From positions 6,014,001 to 6,078,000 of the forward strand of contig NC_088856.1 of the NCBI RefSeq assembly GCF_963853765.1: a DNA stretch of 64,000 nucleotides, written 5' to 3'. Under the pieces are notes generated by a model that worked only from the letters and a program-made list of their open reading frames with translations, did not search any database and was not told where the DNA came from. The stretch comes from Magallana gigas (lineage: Eukaryota). The translations under genes were made by a program, and so were the position numbers. Position 1 is the first letter of the stretch. Each line of letters starts with the position of its first letter. Positions 35,601 to 47,900 of the stretch are shown here, piece by piece.

Positions 35601-38600
35601 ACTTTGTTATATCCGTAATTCGTTATATTCGTATAACGAATTACGGATATAACAAAGTAAATCCATTGGTTCCTAGGACTTCGCTATAACTGAGTTTTAC
35701 TGTATTTCATAGATTCATTCGTATAACGAATTCGTAATAATAACTATAGAGAATTCAATGTATACATGTTTTCTTTCACCAGACTATAACTTTTGCTGAT
35801 TGAGGCTTAAAATAAAAATTACATTACTTTGATACCTTTAATAATTGGATTGTGAGTCGAAAAATTTATATAAAAATAAATTAATTCAAACTTTTTTGCG
35901 AAATGGTATTGCAAACTTTTTTAACTTTAAAGAAATTTGTTATAAAATTGTTATTATTTACCTCTACGGGACTCAAAATCAGTTTGCTGTATCCGTAAAT
36001 TCGTTATATCCAAATTCGTTAAAACCGTAAAATTTTGCAAAGATTTGTTAAGAATTTGATTGGGAACTCAAAAAAACTTCGCTATATCCGAGAATTCGCT
36101 ATATCCGTGTTTGTACTAAACAAGTTATACTGTATTAAACAAATGCTCATACATACGTTCGTGGGAATGTTAATTCATAGGCAAGGGTTACCCGCGAAAG
36201 CCGCAAACATTGGTCCCCCATGAACAATGATGATTCCACAATAATCATGAAATTAACAAATGGTATCAGACTTGCTACTCTTTAACAACCAAATGTATTA
36301 CCGCAAATATGCATGGAGGTGAGGAAAAAAAAAATGTAGATAGAAACTCAAATGGTCAATAAACTTTAACAACATGACTATAGAACTTGCTTCCTATTTA
36401 CAACAAAATTTAATTAATGTACGTAACTGATAATTTATAGATCTGGATACAGGTATGAATATTTAATAACAATAACAGGATTGGTACTGGTAATCTGTAT
36501 TACTGTATACAGGGAAATATTTGCCCCCGTTTTATTTTTCCACTTTTTCGTCCTCATCATCAACGGGCAAATTCAAAACTGGGCAAATTCCAATGTCTTA
36601 GTCTAATCTTTCTTTAACCATAACTTTGTTTGAGCGATTTCAAGATGGGGTAAAACCGTTTGCATGTCAAGAAGAGCAAAAATAACTTGGGGACGAAAAT
36701 AACCCTGTGTACAGTATATTCTCAGACACTGGCGAAGGCTTGATACATAATAACTATACCTGTGTTGTCAATATAAGTTGATGCAAAATACACTGCTGTT
36801 TACATCAGCCATTACAGGGAAACAGTTCACAAGGGTATGTTTCATTTCATGCCTTTTCAGTTTGTTGGTTACACTACTATTATCTTTTTTTCAGTGGATA
36901 ATACAGCTCAAAACATTTGTATTAAAGGTTTGACAAAACAATTGCTTAGTAAAATGCAATTATAAGCCATGGAATGCTAGAATATTGTGATGTTAATTGT
37001 TTGTGAATTATTTTATACATGCAGATTTGTCCATGATAGGCCAGATAAAGATTTTACACATTGTTTGCATAGTTCACTAGGGTTTATTGCATTGCATACT
37101 GGGATTATGTTTACAGCAAAAATTAATTCATTGTGCTGGGGTGACACAATGGTGGAGTAAGTGTTGTTTGTCTCTCTGTCTGTCTGTCTGTGTTGTCATG
37201 TGTTTTGTTACAGTTTTGCCAGTATAAACTTAGCTTTTATTCATAGGTACAACATGTACATGTATAATAAGAATACAGATTTATTGCTAGAGAGTGTATT
37301 AAAAGTAAAGCACATTGAGTTGGTATATGATGTGTCAAAAGTGAAACTGATCAAACACACTTAATGCACTACTTTGAAACAATTTGGCCCATTGAAAAGG
37401 TTGAAAATTGAGGTGTTTCTATTATATCAACAAAGAAAAACTATAAGCCTTATGAACATTTTTTAGGAAAAGTAAAATATTGATTTGCATGCATGTTGAA
37501 TGAATGCAAATTTAAACTTTGAAAGTTTAAAAAGTACAAAATCTATTTTTGAAACCAAATAATACAAATTAAAGTAATATAGCTCAAAAAATGAAACATT
37601 TTAATTGTTGGCTTGTATTTACATTGCTATTTTGAAGCACCGTTTGAGGAGAGCTTTTTTTGTGTGACGTGCTACGTATTTCTGATCTCTGTTTGTGTGG
37701 GGTGTTACAGGTTTAGACGAGGGTGAGCAAGAGAACCAGGACCCCGCCTCTCTACAGGGGGCCTTCCTGGCCTTCCTTCACCTTCGACACCTCAGGATCA
37801 GGGACCTCCAGAGAACGGTCAGTGACCTATTTTGTCTGTGTATGAAGTATGTTCCTACATTGCTTTATAGAGAGAAAAGATGTTTGTAATGTAATTAATG
37901 AAGTATATTTTTAGTCATGAGTAACATACCTGTACAATTATTATATTAATTTTAAATCTTTCATGAAATAATTATGGGTTTTTGATTTTTGACAGGCCTT
38001 AAGTGTATTTAACTACTTCCGCTCTATAGAGAGGACTCTGACCATTAATGATGCCGGCCTGTCCCAGGAAGTTGGCGGGTTGAAGAAGACTAGGTAAGTG
38101 CTGAACGTGGCACACAGAAATTGAACTGTTCATCTGATGTAGATTTTATATTTTTATTCTGCTTGACATTGTTTTTCTCCTGTTTCCAGTCCACAGAACC
38201 ACAGGCGTGCCACCGAACATGACGGAACAGTGGGAGGAGGTGGCGGCATCGGTTGCCATGGTTACATGCACAACACGCCAGCAGATTTTAAGTAAGGAAA
38301 CTTCAATTTAGCTAAAATGTTTAATCCAATATTTTGTAGTTACAGAACAACCTTTGAGAAAAAAAGTTAATTAGAATAACCAAAGCTTGTAGTTCATAAT
38401 TGTTTGTGGATCTTCTTTGCTGTATAAACCTTATATTGAATGATATATAAATACATGTATACATGTATTATGTTCCCAATTCTTTTGACAAACAGGTACT
38501 TTACAGCATCATTTCAGGGAGGGAAAGCTTTCTATTGTATTGTTTTGTTTCTTTGTTAGATTGAATGAGACCGAGTTTATGGAGTTTTCTGACATCGAGA

Positions 38601-41600
38601 ACCATGATGACTTCTATACAGTGGAGGAAGGTCGCATCCATGTACAAGACCAGAGGGGGTACTACATTGTGTACGACTCGGCCGAGAAAGACCTTAAGTA
38701 AGTATACCTCAATGCTCGGTGTTAATGACATTTAGTAATTTGATTAGAGTAACTTCCATAATCCTCAATTATTAGGATATAGGGTGTCTATAATATTCAT
38801 AACTCATTGAATTTTACAATTGTTTTGGGGGTTTTTTTCTAAAGGAAAATGGAGGAAGAGATTCTTTTGATAGCCACCCATTATGTTGAAAAGGACCGGG
38901 ACATGAGAAAGAAGTCCAAGGTCCTGAGGGGCGGGGAGTCAGCCAGGAGGCGGCTGGTTAGTATCCCCACATACACCATCCTTAAGGGAATACTGTAGAT
39001 TCCTAATTAAATGCAAGGAATTAATATCTGCATAAAATCGCAAGAAGCATATCAATATCAAATTTAAAACCTCGCTTTTATTTTTTGGACATATGTAAAC
39101 TACATGAAACTATGTTAAAAATTCGGTGTTTGCGATTTTATGGAAAACGGCTGAATTGGGGAAAATAAGGAATATACAGTAAGGGGCTTTTATTTCAACA
39201 TTTGAGCATGCTTTTAAACTTATTTTTAGCTCACCGAGACGAAGTCAGGGGAGCTTATGCTATACCCTCGGCGTCGGCGTCGGCGTCCGGACCTGGTTAA
39301 AGTTTTTGTTGCATGTCCTGTATCTAAGCTATTACTTGTCCTATCTTCACCAAACTTGCATGGATGATGCATCTGGACCTACTTATGGACTTGAAAGACT
39401 TGGATGCTGAATCTGAGTCCTAAATTTCAGATGCTGGAGGAGGTTAAGGTTGTTGGACCAGGTTAAAGTTTTTGTTGCAGGTGCCCTTTGATAGCAATAT
39501 CTAAGTTACTGCAGGTCCGTACTTCACCAAACTTGCATGGATGGTGTGTCCTATGATACTGATGCACCAGGCAGGCTTGGGTGCTGAATCTGAGCTATAG
39601 GTTACAGATGCTGAAGGAGGTTAAGGTTTTTAGAGCTGGTTAAAGTTTTTGTTGCAGGTGCCCTCTGATGATTATATCTTAGTTACTACTTGTCCTAACT
39701 TCACCAGACTTCTATGGATGGTGCGTCTTATGATACTGATGCACCAGACAGGCTTGAATGCTGAATCTGAGCCATAGGTTTCGGATGCTGGAGGAGGTTA
39801 AGGTTTTAAGAGCTGGTTAAAGTTTTTGAAACAGGTGCCCTCTGATGATTATATCTTAGTTACTACTTGTCATAACTTCACCAGACTTCCATAGATTGTG
39901 CTTCTTATGATACTGATGCACCTGACAGGCTTGAATGCTGAATCTGAGCCATAGGTTTCAGATGCTGGATATGGTTAAGTTTTTTGGTCAGGTCACATGT
40001 TTAATAGATAATAGTACTATTTCAACCTTGCATAGTTGACTTAACTGTAATATGAATGAATCACAGAGGAAGCTTCAGATGCAGAGCTTGATCTCCATTA
40101 TCAAGGATGCTAAAAAATATATCTTAGTTATTACAGGTCCTAACTTCACCAGACTTCTATGGATGATGTGTCTTATGATACAGATGCACCTGACAGGCAT
40201 GGATGTTTAATTTGAGCCATAGGTTGCGGATGCTGGAGCAGGTTAAGTTTTAATTGCTAGTGCCCTCTGATGATGATATCTTAGTTATTACTGGTCTGAG
40301 TTTCACCAAACTTGCATGGAGATGCGTCTTATGTATACTGATGCACCTTACAGGCTTGAATGCTGAATCTTAGCCATAGGCTTCGGATGCTGGATGAGGT
40401 TTAGTTTTTTTGGAACAGGTCACATGTTTTATAGATGATAGCTTGCATAGTTGATTTAACTATATTATAAATGAAACGCAGAGGTTGCTTCAGATGCAAA
40501 GCCTGATCTCCATTATCAAGGATGCTAAAGAAATCTCCTACCTCACTCAAACCTGCTTGATAGATAGATGTGTTTGTTGATAGATGATATAACATGATTC
40601 CTATGATATAGTATTGTATGGTATGAAACAATATTGTTTAATATGATACAATATAATATCATATGTAATATTATAAAAAGTTATATGATACGATATGATA
40701 TTGTATCAATTTTTTTGATAATTTCTGTTATGATGTATCATGATATCATTATGTATAGTATTGTATATTATGATACAATATTGTATAATACTATATTGTA
40801 TTATTAATTTATTATTTTATCACATGATAATATTACATAAGATATTGCAAAATATAATATTGTATCCTATGATACAATATTGTATATTCTGTAATATTGT
40901 ATCATACGATATTGTATCATATGATATTAGTTTCTGTAATATAGAAATATATCACATGAAATTGTATAATATGATACTGTAATATTATATAATGTCGTAT
41001 CATACGATATTGTATGATATGATATTGGTTTATAATATGATATATTATCACATCACATGAAATTGTATTGTATGATTTTGTAAAATATATTATTGTATCA
41101 TATGATACAATATATATAATGTAATATTGTATTATATAATATTTTACTTTATCACATAATATTGTATCATTTGATAAGATACAATTATGTACATATCAAA
41201 TTATATTGTATCATATGATATACAATATCATATTATGTATCAAAAATGATACAGTATCATACAATATCATACTATATTATACAATATAATATCATATGTT
41301 TCAATATTATGATGTATTATGTTATATGATATTGTAATATAATACTATATTGTTTTATATATTATGATATTGTATTAAGTGATCAAATACAATAACGTAT
41401 AACACAATACAATGTCATATCATACGTTACAATATCACATCTCATCATTGTTTATTATGACATTTTATTGTATTATATGATATATGTTGTAAATATGATA
41501 GGATGCAATATTTCATTTTATATTATTGTATTGATTAACATATGAACATATGACTATCATACAGTTTTTTAACGGATGATATACAATATTGTGTCAAAAC

Positions 41601-44600
41601 AGAAACCATGAATATCCAAGATCATAAAGTATGATTTTCATTTAAAATGATAAAGGTGGTCTCATGAAGGTGAAGTCTCATAAGGGTGATGTCTCGTCTC
41701 GGTGAGCTTTGTAATCTGTGATTACCTATGTTTGTATTAAAATATTATGATGGAGTGACATTTGTTAATGTTTTGGTTATTTCTTGACAACAGCATCAGG
41801 GTCCGGGAGACTTTGACATCGGGGAGTACTCGCACCGAGAGGTGGACAGGTTTGGAGTACTGGTGGACTTATGGAACAATCTGACCTGTTTCATGGAGTG
41901 CAAGAGAGAGGTAGGACTTGGGTGCTGTGTATCACTATGGACATAGTCGTACTATATTGATTTAAAATGAAGATGCATTCAAAATATTAACATGCATATG
42001 TGGATTGCTATTGATATGATTTAGAATTGAATGAAATTTTATCAAATATTTCTTAAATTCTCCATTCTTGAATATCCTGAACTTTAAGAAAATAGTTTCA
42101 AATTCTGTAGCTAATTATATATATAAAGCTGTCTTTTGATCCTTTCTTCATATATTCATGGTCCTGATTTTTTTATCATTTCAGCTTCTTGACTGTTACT
42201 TCGAAGCCTATCAACACATCTTTGACCGGGACGAGAAGCGCGCCATGGCACAGGTCATGACGAACCTGATGAACAAGCGGCCTCGTTTTGACTTTGACGC
42301 AGACTATTTCATCAAGACAATCCGTGCTGAGTGTGTCATCCTCAGGCACATGACCACACTCATCAAAAACATCATGGACAAACAGGTACCCCTGTCAGAG
42401 TGTGGCATTAGATACTGAATAAATTTATATCTTTGTTAAATGACTTCATACATTCTAACAAACTGATGAGATAATTTGCATTGAATAATAATATTCTTAT
42501 ATATAATGGAAACTGATGTACATCAAATGATAGCCAACCAGGACCTCAATTTTATCACAAAAAGTTATGTTGCATTTGAAAATTTCAGTTACAAGGGTAT
42601 GCAAAGACTTTTCCTTATGCTGTGTATGTATAGTTGAATCACAGACCTGGGGTGTTGGAATACTTTAAAGAGACAGACTTATGATTTCAGATTGAGGAGC
42701 AGAGAGAATACCTTCAGAAGGTGTGCAGGGAGGGGGAGGAGTTTGGTCTGCCCCTGGGAGTGGTTCCTAAACAGCCCATCTCTGTCAATCTCAGCAGGTA
42801 AAAATAGCCACCTTAACAAAATTCCTGAAAAATCGCAACTGATTCCTTCGTTTGTTGAAATTAGTGACCTTACACAAATTAAATTTTATTTGAATTTAGA
42901 TTTGTTTACCAGTATTATTTGAATTGAATTGAATCTGAAAATTGGATTTTTTTGAAGGCCTGCATTGAGGAACATCTACATGTTGGAGTTCCATCCTTCT
43001 CTGTCCATTGCCAGCAGAGTCCCTGAAGCACTCAAGTATGCCCTACAGGTGAGAGTACAGTATGGGGATAATAGAGAAGTCTCTACAATTAAATAGTGAT
43101 AGAGAAATCTCTACTATCCATTAGTTTATGAGTGTTTTGTGTTCATCAGTGGTTGGTCTCCCAACCAGCCCTAGTCTGTGTACAAGCAGAGTTATGATTG
43201 AATTATTAAGATAATTAAAAAGTTTATTATTAATTGGTGATAGAGAAATCTCCAATATTGATTAGTGATTGTATTGCATTTTGGGGAGTTGGTCCATGCT
43301 TATCAATCTAAGTGATGATGATGACGATGACGATGATGATGAAATCTCTAATATTGATTACTGACTGTATTTGTGTTAATTAGGAGTTGATCCATGCCCA
43401 TCAGCCCCAGTCGGTGTACAGCACAGTGATGATAGAGAAGCGACTGATGGCGGTGGCGTGTAAGGAGTGGGACACCTCAGATAAACTGGACTCCAACTTC
43501 AACCAGCAGGCCCAAAAAGATGTGAGTACTAACTCAGAGATGTGAGTACTTACTGAGAGATGTGAGTACTTACTCGGTTGCTTGATGAGGACGTAGATTC
43601 ATTCAATATGTCATCTTTTGTCATTGTGAGGTGTTTAAGAGGGCTGAATGTTTGTGGCCATTTTTAGACTATATTAGTCTCCTTCAGACTAAGAGTTCTG
43701 TATACATCTGTAGGTAACCATTCAAATTTGGATTCTATCTATGATGATCAACAGAGCAACAAAACCCACGAAAATTGGTATTTAACCAATATTGACGAAA
43801 CCACAGCATAAAATTTGTCTGATGCATATTGTAGCTGTTTTAATTACTTTATTTATCTAATTTGTCTGATGTGTATTGTAGTTGTTTGCTGAGGTGTACG
43901 TTGAGGACCCGATCTTTATGTGTATGATGGCCCGAACGATGGTGGACAAGAAGGAGGAGGAGGGAACCAGGAAAAACACCAGGGACAGACAACTCAGCAT
44001 GATGGGGGCCGTCAACAGGCTACTGGAGGTTAGTGCCCATGGTTTCATATCCATTCTTTTACAATAGCAGAAGCATATGATTTATTTGCTTGTATTTTTC
44101 TTTGTGTGTTCATAAGCTAACTTAATGAATTTCCTTGAAAAAAGATACAGCGTGTGTAGCGGTTATATTTTGTCAATTTTTTTCTTTTGAGATTTATGAT
44201 AAGCAAATATGTTCAAATCAGTTTTCTCTATGTGATTCAGCAATGCAGTGTAAAAAATTCAACATTCAATTTCAGACCCTGACTTGTAGACACAGGTTGT
44301 TGGATGCTGCCTTGGAAACTGGCATTCTGGCAGGGGTAAGTTTTACAGACCAAAAAGTTATGTATTTTTATAGCTCCAAAAGAAAATTAATGTGATATTT
44401 TATTAGCCGTGCTCTGCTGAAAGCAGAGTCCTGGCTGTAGGCAGGCAAATTGCCAATGTTACTATAAATAGCACAACTTCAAAAGTAAACAAAAAACCAA
44501 ACAGCGTCAAGGTAAAAGCTTCCGCTATACCAAATAGTTACACAAAGAGCCAAGTTTTGCCAAAAGTGTTGGCATTTTGTTTCTTTTTTTTAATTTTGAG

Positions 44601-44842
44601 AGAATTGTCTATCTTTTTTAGTTTTCTTATTAATAACGTGTTTTATAAACAAGACTATGCATTTTGGACATATACAATGCGCATGAATTTCCATGAACTA
44701 CTTTGCTGCGCGTAGGAGAAATTGGGATTGAATATATAACGCTTGTTGCAAAATTCAAGGCAGCAACTGCCTTGAACATATTTTTGTTAATAGCCGCTTA
44801 CAAAATTTGGTCGCTATCTGACGCTTTGCCGATATCAAAAGC

Positions 44843-44926
<84 letters not shown>

Positions 44927-47900
44927 GAGATTTAGTCTTTACTACAAAGTATGCATAAAAACACACCAAAAGAGCCCGGCTTTCAGTACTTCAGTACTTT
45001 TATTGTCAATCAAACCCATAATCATCATTTTTATATTGTAAATTTAGGTGTACAAGAAGCAGGCCGTTGAGATGGGTTTCAGTGACTACCACATGTACAT
45101 CAGGGCTATACAGTTTGAGTCGGCCTCTATGAAGGATGACGCAGGGAAAGCCCCGCCCATCAGCATGACTGACGTACAGGAGGACGACTCAGCCGTCTAT
45201 AAGTAGGTCCTTCAATACACAATATTTTTTATAATACATGTATAAGTTATTTTTTTTTTTAAATTTCCCATACATATGACTTTTTTTCTCAAATATTCTC
45301 AAAGATCACCATGCATTTTCATGTTGAGCTAATATTTAGGAGAATGGGTTATGTTAATACATGTATATGACAGAAGTTCCTACAAAAATAAATCTTTAAA
45401 CTATAACCCTTTGTTGAAAATTTTGATATTACATATGTGTAAAATTATATATCAGCATATTACACATGTGTATGATTATATATCGGCATAATTCCTGTAT
45501 TCATTTTAATGACACTTCTATTATACAAAGGTTTAGGTCAAATATTTTTCAATAATTGTCCTATTTTTATACCCCTCCCTCAGGATATGTATGCCCCTCT
45601 AATTGTTTCTATTTTTACCCTTCCCCAGGATGAGTGTGCCCCTCCAGCAGTCCCTGGCCATCAATGAACTGGACGAGGCACAGATCGGGCGGTTCAGCTT
45701 CAGGACACGGGAGTCCATGGAGGACGTAAGATTGTGTTTTTTCCATCTATAAACTCTCTATGCATGACTAAAAAGGGCACCCATATAATAAAGACTTTGT
45801 CATGCATGGACACAGCTTCTAGCTCAATACACTTCTTTATAAATTAATACATGTATATCTTGCTCATTTCCTATAGTTTAATTAAAGACAAGTATTTTAT
45901 ACTTTCTTGACAAATGTCTTATGTGATCATATTTGGACAATGATCAGTTTAAGATTATTTTAAGTCAGAGTAGAGATAAATTTATTGATTTTTTTTTTTT
46001 TTGGTAACTCTTAATTTTTTTTGTTTACAGATGTTACAAGGCAGTGGGCTTGAGAATCTGAAGACAATCCTCCAAGTGCAGATAGTTCAGAAGAATGCCA
46101 TAACTAGTGCAGTGTTACAGGCCAATTCCTGTGTACCTATAGAGGAACCTGACATACACAAAGGGTAGGTAATCTAACAATTCCTGTGTACCTATAGAGG
46201 AACCTGACATACACAAAGGGTTGGAAATCTCGACTACTGAAACAGACATACATCATATATCTACTGTATTACACAAGGGGAGTGCATCACATGTATATGT
46301 GGCCCTCAACCAAGTTAACCCCACAGCCCTCCTGAGAAAGGATGAGAAAAAAATCTAGACAAATTAAAATCAGAAAAATTATTTTAGATGGGTTAAAAAA
46401 GAATGATTATATCAAAAAAGGAAGAAATTAATTGAAGTCAGCTTTCTCAAAATATTTGACTATACTATAGCATTAAATCATGATTTTTTGAAAGATACAG
46501 TCTCATAACTGCAGTGACGTGTACATACAAATTGAGTAACGTGCATAAGTGCGTTATGAAAATTTGTATGCACACATCACTGCAGTTATGAGACTTTATC
46601 TTTCAAAAAATCATGATTTAATGCTTATATTTACATTTTTTTAACTTCTTGCCTTGTCTGCAAATGTGATTTATACTTTAAAATTCATATCTTATAATTC
46701 TTATCCTAAGGGTAAGTTCATATTCGTGGAAGAGCCACCTTAACCCACAAGCATGAACTTTGATTTTCGCTTGTGACGTTGCATTTTACAGCGTTCAACA
46801 TTTGTGACGTCATAATAAAACTAGTCATTTTAACCTTTGAGTACCCTATGTGCATTACAGTGTTATAACTGCCATAGCTTTCAACGCACTTTACAAGCCA
46901 AAAATACCCGGTATGTGGAATGTGATGTAATGTATTTAACAGCTGCCCTCTGTTTCTTTTCTACAGCAGTGGGAGGGCCAGTCCATCAGAGACCAAGTCC
47001 GAGAAGAGCTCAGTCACTCAAATGACCAGTTTCTCTGGGGGTACAGGTGGCTCCACCCTGGGGGCCAAGCTGTCACATGACCAGAGCCTCAGATATGTCC
47101 GATCCCCTGATGCATTTGTGTCCATACAGCTAGAAAAAGTGAGTGCTAAAGGGTGCCATAAGCACAATAAATCAGAAGAAATCAATATCTAAACTTTAGT
47201 TTGAGCTGAAATATACATGCAATAATTAAATCACAATCTTTGGAAAGAGATGATGAAAAGTTGATAAATTATAGTTTACAAAACTGGTGATAAAATATTG
47301 TAATCAACTTTTTTTGAAGAGGACATGTTTATTTTATACAGGCAATATTGAAATTTGAAATCTGGTTGCGATTTAAACATTATCGTGTAATTGGATCAGT
47401 CATTCTGATGTCATACTTTGTAGACCCCTAGCAGAGACCTGATGCTGAATGATTTTGTGAAGAAGAGGAATGAAATGAGACATGTTTTGATGAATCCAGA
47501 GGAATCCAAGAAAGCAAAGAGGTGAAACAAAATGCCTGATATTTGTATTAGTCCTAGTAGCAAATTCACTCCAAAGCATATCTTCTGTATTTGTACTATG
47601 TATTTGTTTGTTAAATCAAGTTTTAGTTCATTCTGTTTACTCATTGGGAATAATATTAAAGCTTTTATCAAAATCTCAAAAGTGTTCAATACATTTGCTG
47701 CAGTGCCATGGAAATTCTTTGTTAGGAATGTTAGTGATGAAAATCACTTGTTTATTATATCATTAATTTTTGTATCTTTCAGACACTTGATCCAAGAGTT
47801 TTGTTACCGCTTTAACCAGAGGATGACTCAGTACAGTCTGAGGGGACAGCTGATCGCTTACTACAACAGCATACTGAGGTTGCTCAAGGATTTCCCCAAC

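Noticed and set aside
38957-38970. Possible U12-type donor (GTTAGTATCC)
   Set aside because: The U12 consensus requires GTATCCTT starting at +1. Here the frame fixes +1 at GTTAGT, a normal U2 donor.
45629-45725. Suspected frameshift in a CCDC162-like exon
   Set aside because: Re-reading the C-run (GTGCCCCTC) shows the phase-2 join gives KMSVPLQQSLAINELDE in frame; there is no frameshift.
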